64,000 nt of DNA from an uncultured Prevotella sp. (GTDB lineage Bacteria; Bacteroidota; Bacteroidia; Bacteroidales; Bacteroidaceae), in contig CAJMAO010000001.1 of assembly GCA_905211345.1 (NCBI GenBank), positions 23,622 to 87,621 of the forward strand, read 5' to 3'. The notes below the pieces were generated by a model. It had not been told where the DNA came from and searched no databases. It saw nothing but the letters and a program-made list of their open reading frames with translations. The position numbers and the translations under genes were made by a program. How positions within the stretch are numbered: the first letter of the stretch is position 1; every line of letters begins with the position of its first letter. Shown in pieces: positions 59,680 through 64,000 of the stretch.

Positions 59680-62600
59680 TTACTTTACAAGCACCTTGCG
59701 CACCATTACTCCGTTATCAGTCCAAAGCCTTACGATATAAACGCCTTGGCGTCCTATGTCAAAACGCAACTCGCTGCCGTTGGCATCTTTCTCCGACGCT
59801 ACGAGTTGTCCGCCTACGTCATACACCTCAACGGCTTTGATACCGCCTTCTGAAGTTATTATGATAGCGCCGTTTTCACATCTTATACTCAGTCCTTCCA
59901 CTTCCGCCTCGGTTATAGACGTGCCTTCGGGCAGGATTGTCAGCACTCCGTCGTGCAGGTTGAACGTATAGCGTGAGTCGTAACCGCCGCTCAGTCTGAT
60001 AGGATACTCTCCGTACCATGTGTACTCGTCGGCATCACATGTTGCGGTCGGCCTGCGCTCCAAGTCGTCCTCGGTTTCATTGTTCTTGAAGCCTTCGTAT
60101 TCAAGCACGAATACTGGGTTAGGCTGGCCGTAGGTTTTTGTCGCGTCGAGCACGGTGACATCTAGCACGGCTTTCTCTATGTTCAGGTATCTGGTATATT
60201 TCAACAAGTTGTAACGGTAGTTGTTGTCAAGTCCGCCTTCAAGGCTTATCTCGTAACTGCCGGGATACGATGTCACGTCGGCCTGCGTCACAACGTTCGG
60301 CAGTATGTCAAGGTCGTCCTCGCCGTCGTTCAATTTCCAGCCATCGAAATACAACTTGTATTCAGGCTCGTCGCCGTAAGCCACGGTCTCGTTTTCAAGC
60401 CATACGTCGAGCGTCGCCTTTTCAACTGACAGCGTTCCCTGCTTGTAAGTTATCTCATAGTTCGCCGCGCTTGCGCCCGAAGCCTCGATTGGATATGTGC
60501 CCACGTCGCTGGCGGTCTTGGCCGTCGTGGCGGCCGTCGGCATCACGCTCAACGCTTTTTCGGCCGATTCCCTTAGTTTCAAGCCCTCGTACGTAAACGT
60601 AAAGCCGGGATTGGCGTCGCCGTATATCTTGCTTGCGTCTTCCACCTTTATCGTGAGCGGCGCTTTTCCTACCGTCAGCGTGCCCCGTTGGTAGTTAATC
60701 GAGTAGTTGTCGTCCTCTATCGGCGATATGCCTATGTCATACATTCTCACTGGCGAAGTCACTTTCGCGTCGGTGCTTGCCTTCGGCAGTGAAGCAAGGT
60801 CATACTCCGTGTCGCCGTTTACGAATCCGGTGTAAGATATCGTAAGTTCTGGATTTTCGTCTCCATACAGTCTTTCCACGTCGTTGGCCTTGGCCAGCAG
60901 GTTGGCTTTGTTGATATGCAGGTTCTTTGTCGACGAGAAAGGTTCATAGTCGTCGCCGCCAGACTGCGTGGCGGTTATCACCACGTCGCCCGCGCCGAGT
61001 ATCCTCGCCGTCGTTCCTTCGATGAACAGTATCTGCGGATTTGACGACGTGAACACCACGCCCTGTCCCGAACTTGCCGAGGCCGAAAGCTCGAACGGGG
61101 CGTCGCCGTATGTCTTGTCGGTCAGGTCTTCTATGTCTATCGTCTGACTTGCTTTCTCAACAACGAGTTCCCTTTGCACCGGCGTGGCATCATACCAGTT
61201 GGGCGTGCTCACCGCCTTCGCCGTGATATAGCATGTTCCCGCTCCTGTTATCACGGCCTTGTCGCCGTCGATGCGCGCCACGTCTTCATTTGACGACTCG
61301 AAGTATATCTCCGCGCCCGATGTCGTGCTGGCCGTAAGCTGCACGTAGCCCGTGCCGTAGACATACGTTCCCAGCGGCTCGAACGTTATCGTCTGGTACG
61401 ACTTCGTCACGCTGAACGGCAGCGTAACAGGCACGGCGGCGTTGTAATACTCGTTGCCTTCCTGCGTCGCGGTGATGTTGCAGAGACCCACGCCCGTTAT
61501 GTGCACGGTGTTGCCGCTTACCGTGGCCACGCCATCGTTGTCGCTCTTGTAGGTTATGGGCAGGCCCTTGTCGGTGTTCAGCGGCAGGTCGAAGTCGGGC
61601 GAGTTGAACTCTTTGTTGGGTATCTCTCCCCATGCTATCACCTGCGTGCCTTTCACTATCGTCAACGTGCGCGTAACGCTCTCGGCCGCCAGATAGTTCC
61701 TGTCGCCCTCCTGCGTGGCTGTTATCGTCGTGGTGCCGGGCTTTAGCAGGCTCACGCTGCTGCCGTCCATCTTGGCTATGCTCTCGTCTTCTACGGTGTA
61801 GGTTATCGTCAGGCCCTTGTCGGTCACCTCGTTCAGCTTCACCGGCGGATTGCCGTACTGCTGCTCGCTGATTTCGTTGAACGTTATCGTCTGCCCGGCC
61901 TTGTTCACCGTCAGCGTGCGTGTCACCGGTGCCGCCGCGCTGTGGTGCTCGTCGCCCTCTTGGCTGGCCACTATCTCCGTTGTGCCGGCGTTCCTTATCG
62001 TCACGGTGTTGCCCTCAACGGTGGCCACCTCGGTGTTAATCACCCTGTAGCTTATCGGCAGGCCCTCGCTGCTCGTCTCGGGCAGGGTGAATGGTATGTC
62101 GCCGTAAGTCTTCACGGGCAACTCGTCGAACGTTATCGTCTGCGCTATCTTGTTTACGTGCAGCGTGCGCGTAACGCCCGCCGCTGCGAGATAGTCCTCG
62201 TTGCCGGCCTGCGAGGCTATTATGTTAGCTTCGCCCGGGCCTACCACTGTTACAATGTTGCCGCTCACGGTGGCCACGCTTTGGTTTGACGATTGGTAAG
62301 TTATCGTCAGTCCTTTGTTCGTAGTCTGCGGCAGGGTGATGGGGTCGCAGCCGTAGGTCATTACCTCAAACTCGGGGAAGTCGATTACCTGCGGGCATTT
62401 GTTCACCGTCAGCGTCACCGCCGCCGACACCGTCTCAGAGCACTCATTACTTACGCGGCAAGTGTAGCTGCCCGCGTCTTTCATCTTTATCTCGTCTATA
62501 TGGTAAGTGTTGGTTGTCGCCCCGTTTATCTCCGCCCCGTTGTGCATCCATTGGTATGTGTAGTTGTGGTCGGGTATGTCAAGCGTGAATGTCGTCGCCT

Positions 62601-63213
62601 CGTCCACGGTCTTCGTCGCGTTGTCAACGTTTGTCTTCACCGCCTCCGGCACTGGGTCGATATATTTCACGGTGACTATCTCAGAATAATTGCCCGTGCT
62701 GCTTACGTTGCGGTACATCACGGTACATTCCTCTGCTTCGCTGGTAGAGTAAATCATATCCGTTGTTTCTATTCTTTCCCATGAACCGCCATTGTTTTTG
62801 CTCTTTTCCCAATATGCAAAATTATCATTGGCTATTGCTATTAGCAATTCCGTATTTGTCAAGCATGTATAATCTTTTGGATATCCATAAATCAAGTACT
62901 CTTTTTCTGTTCTATCAGTATTCTCGATTATATTTACGCCAGCTTTTAGGTGGGTTAAATAATACCGATTAATGAAAGGACTATAAGTATCACACATTAT
63001 AATTTTACCATTAATAAGTATTCGGCTATATAAACGATCACAACAAAACCAAGAAGATCCGTCAAGAATCCTAAAAACTTCATGCTCATTATATTTGCCA
63101 ACACCTGTAATAGTGGAATAAGTATATTCTTCATTGCGGAGAATATCAGCAAACATATTATTTACGACAGAGAGGCATAAGAAAATACAAAATATGCGTA
63201 ACTTTGTTTTCAT
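59680..63213 (-). CDS. Large T9SS-type surface protein: variable N-terminus, Ig domain, six ~85-aa repeats, four MBG-like repeats, CTD
   Basis: QTITF...GL.ITY...Y.AA repeats; K.YG..NP repeats; YDVGGQ...GVYIVR...KVLVK. Confidence 0.85.
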   Translation of the reverse strand: MKTKLRIFCIFLCLSVVNNMFADILRNEEYTYSTITGVGKYNEHEVFRILDGSSWFCCDRLYSRILINGKIIMCDTYSPFINRYYLTHLKAGVNIIENTDRTEKEYLIYGYPKDYTCLTNTELLIAIANDNFAYWEKSKNNGGSWERIETTDMIYSTSEAEECTVMYRNVSSTGNYSEIVTVKYIDPVPEAVKTNVDNATKTVDEATTFTLDIPDHNYTYQWMHNGAEINGATTNTYHIDEIKMKDAGSYTCRVSNECSETVSAAVTLTVNKCPQVIDFPEFEVMTYGCDPITLPQTTNKGLTITYQSSNQSVATVSGNIVTVVGPGEANIIASQAGNEDYLAAAGVTRTLHVNKIAQTITFDELPVKTYGDIPFTLPETSSEGLPISYRVINTEVATVEGNTVTIRNAGTTEIVASQEGDEHHSAAAPVTRTLTVNKAGQTITFNEISEQQYGNPPVKLNEVTDKGLTITYTVEDESIAKMDGSSVSLLKPGTTTITATQEGDRNYLAAESVTRTLTIVKGTQVIAWGEIPNKEFNSPDFDLPLNTDKGLPITYKSDNDGVATVSGNTVHITGVGLCNITATQEGNEYYNAAVPVTLPFSVTKSYQTITFEPLGTYVYGTGYVQLTASTTSGAEIYFESSNEDVARIDGDKAVITGAGTCYITAKAVSTPNWYDATPVQRELVVEKASQTIDIEDLTDKTYGDAPFELSASASSGQGVVFTSSNPQILFIEGTTARILGAGDVVITATQSGGDDYEPFSSTKNLHINKANLLAKANDVERLYGDENPELTISYTGFVNGDTEYDLASLPKASTDAKVTSPVRMYDIGISPIEDDNYSINYQRGTLTVGKAPLTIKVEDASKIYGDANPGFTFTYEGLKLRESAEKALSVMPTAATTAKTASDVGTYPIEASGASAANYEITYKQGTLSVEKATLDVWLENETVAYGDEPEYKLYFDGWKLNDGEDDLDILPNVVTQADVTSYPGSYEISLEGGLDNNYRYNLLKYTRYLNIEKAVLDVTVLDATKTYGQPNPVFVLEYEGFKNNETEDDLERRPTATCDADEYTWYGEYPIRLSGGYDSRYTFNLHDGVLTILPEGTSITEAEVEGLSIRCENGAIIITSEGGIKAVEVYDVGGQLVASEKDANGSELRFDIGRQGVYIVRLWTDNGVMVRKVLVK

Positions 63214-63232
63214 AATTATTTCAATTAAAAAA

Positions 63233-63278
63233 TAATCTCTCCTTGCCGTGTTTTATAAAACACGGCAAGGAGAGATTA
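63233..63278. repeat. Perfect 46-bp palindrome without spacer
   Basis: TAATCTCTCCTTGCCGTGTTTTA|TAAAACACGGCAAGGAGAGATTA. Confidence 0.9.
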
Positions 63279-63282
63279 ATAA

Positions 63283-63933
63283 TTAACAATCTAGACAATT
63301 CAAATCTTTTATTGTAAAATATTTCAATTTACAATCTTCATTTCTTACAGAATCTGTTGCCATGAAATAAATTTTATTTGCATTTCTACCAGTTAATTTA
63401 TCAGCAATCTTTTCTATTTGCTCTTTTAGTTCCTTATTGTCCATGTTTACGGCAATAAATAATGCCGTATTGTATTTCAACTTATTTTCATCTACAAACT
63501 TCAGAAGTTTGTCAATATCACCACCGATACCAACTTTTTTAATCCTTTCAGCAGTCTTTACTTCTATTACACATTCTTGGTGTGTATCATCGTTTTGCCC
63601 ACCGTGCAAAACAAAATCAGGATACTTGTATTCTTTGGATTTATTTTCGGAGTCTTTGTTTGATTCCTTATTTGATTCTTCTGAATGTTTAAGGAAATCG
63701 TCAAATTCAATTTTCTTTATTTCTCCGTTAAATATCAGATTGCCATATTCACTCACATTTGCTTCCGCAATCATCCTAAACTGATGATAGAACTCATAAC
63801 AGAAAACACGCTCTTGCATCGTAAACTGTGAAGGCTTATTGATTGAGCTGCCAATGTCATGCCAAATAAAATACTTCAGGTCTACGTTTTGGATAGCCTT
63901 AACAAAATCATTCAAAAACACTGATTTTTCCAT
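63283..63933 (-). CDS. AT-rich hypothetical protein with PD-(D/E)xK-like motif
   Basis: ERVFCYE, YPDFVLH, VIEVKT, DIDKL. Confidence 0.6.
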   Translation of the reverse strand: MEKSVFLNDFVKAIQNVDLKYFIWHDIGSSINKPSQFTMQERVFCYEFYHQFRMIAEANVSEYGNLIFNGEIKKIEFDDFLKHSEESNKESNKDSENKSKEYKYPDFVLHGGQNDDTHQECVIEVKTAERIKKVGIGGDIDKLLKFVDENKLKYNTALFIAVNMDNKELKEQIEKIADKLTGRNANKIYFMATDSVRNEDCKLKYFTIKDLNCLDC

Positions 63934-64000
63934 AATTGTTTCTTTTTGTGCCCCTTGCAGCCCTGTTGGTGCAGTTAATAAATTTTAGGTTAAGACATAC

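Overview
Bacteroidales (Prevotella-like) chromosomal window, judged from TAnnTTTG promoter boxes, T9SS-type proteins and gene content. Core and metabolic genes include glgP with a GT3 glycogen synthase, HU/IHF, a bS22-like peptide, rng, fcl-gmd-manC, xylAB, aspS, a cobalamin-riboswitch btuB/G/F/C operon, rarA, and recN-DUF4835-coaBC-dnaQ-dnaN. Three accessory elements interrupt them. (1) The right ~7.7 kb of a satellite-like integrative element: integrase, excisionase-like HTH, AAA helicase-like protein, DUF6371, a mirror-symmetric iteron array, a C4/CI-like antisense RNA candidate and an att site resembling a tRNA 3' end. (2) A REP-associated Y1 transposase bracketed by an exact 114-bp direct repeat. 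(3) A 5.35-kb element (45524-50870, TTGCGAA core repeat) encoding a tyrosine integrase, serine resolvase, HTH-methyltransferase-like protein, NUMOD3 peptide and Rep_trans-like initiator. The most striking observation is that element 3 sits inside a structured, self-complementary 5' leader and separates a surface lipoprotein gene from its consensus promoter, so excision would rebuild promoter, leader and antisense pairing as a candidate excision-controlled switch. No CRISPR array, rRNA, complete tRNA or reverse transcriptase was found. Family assignments come from motif recognition, not database searches.
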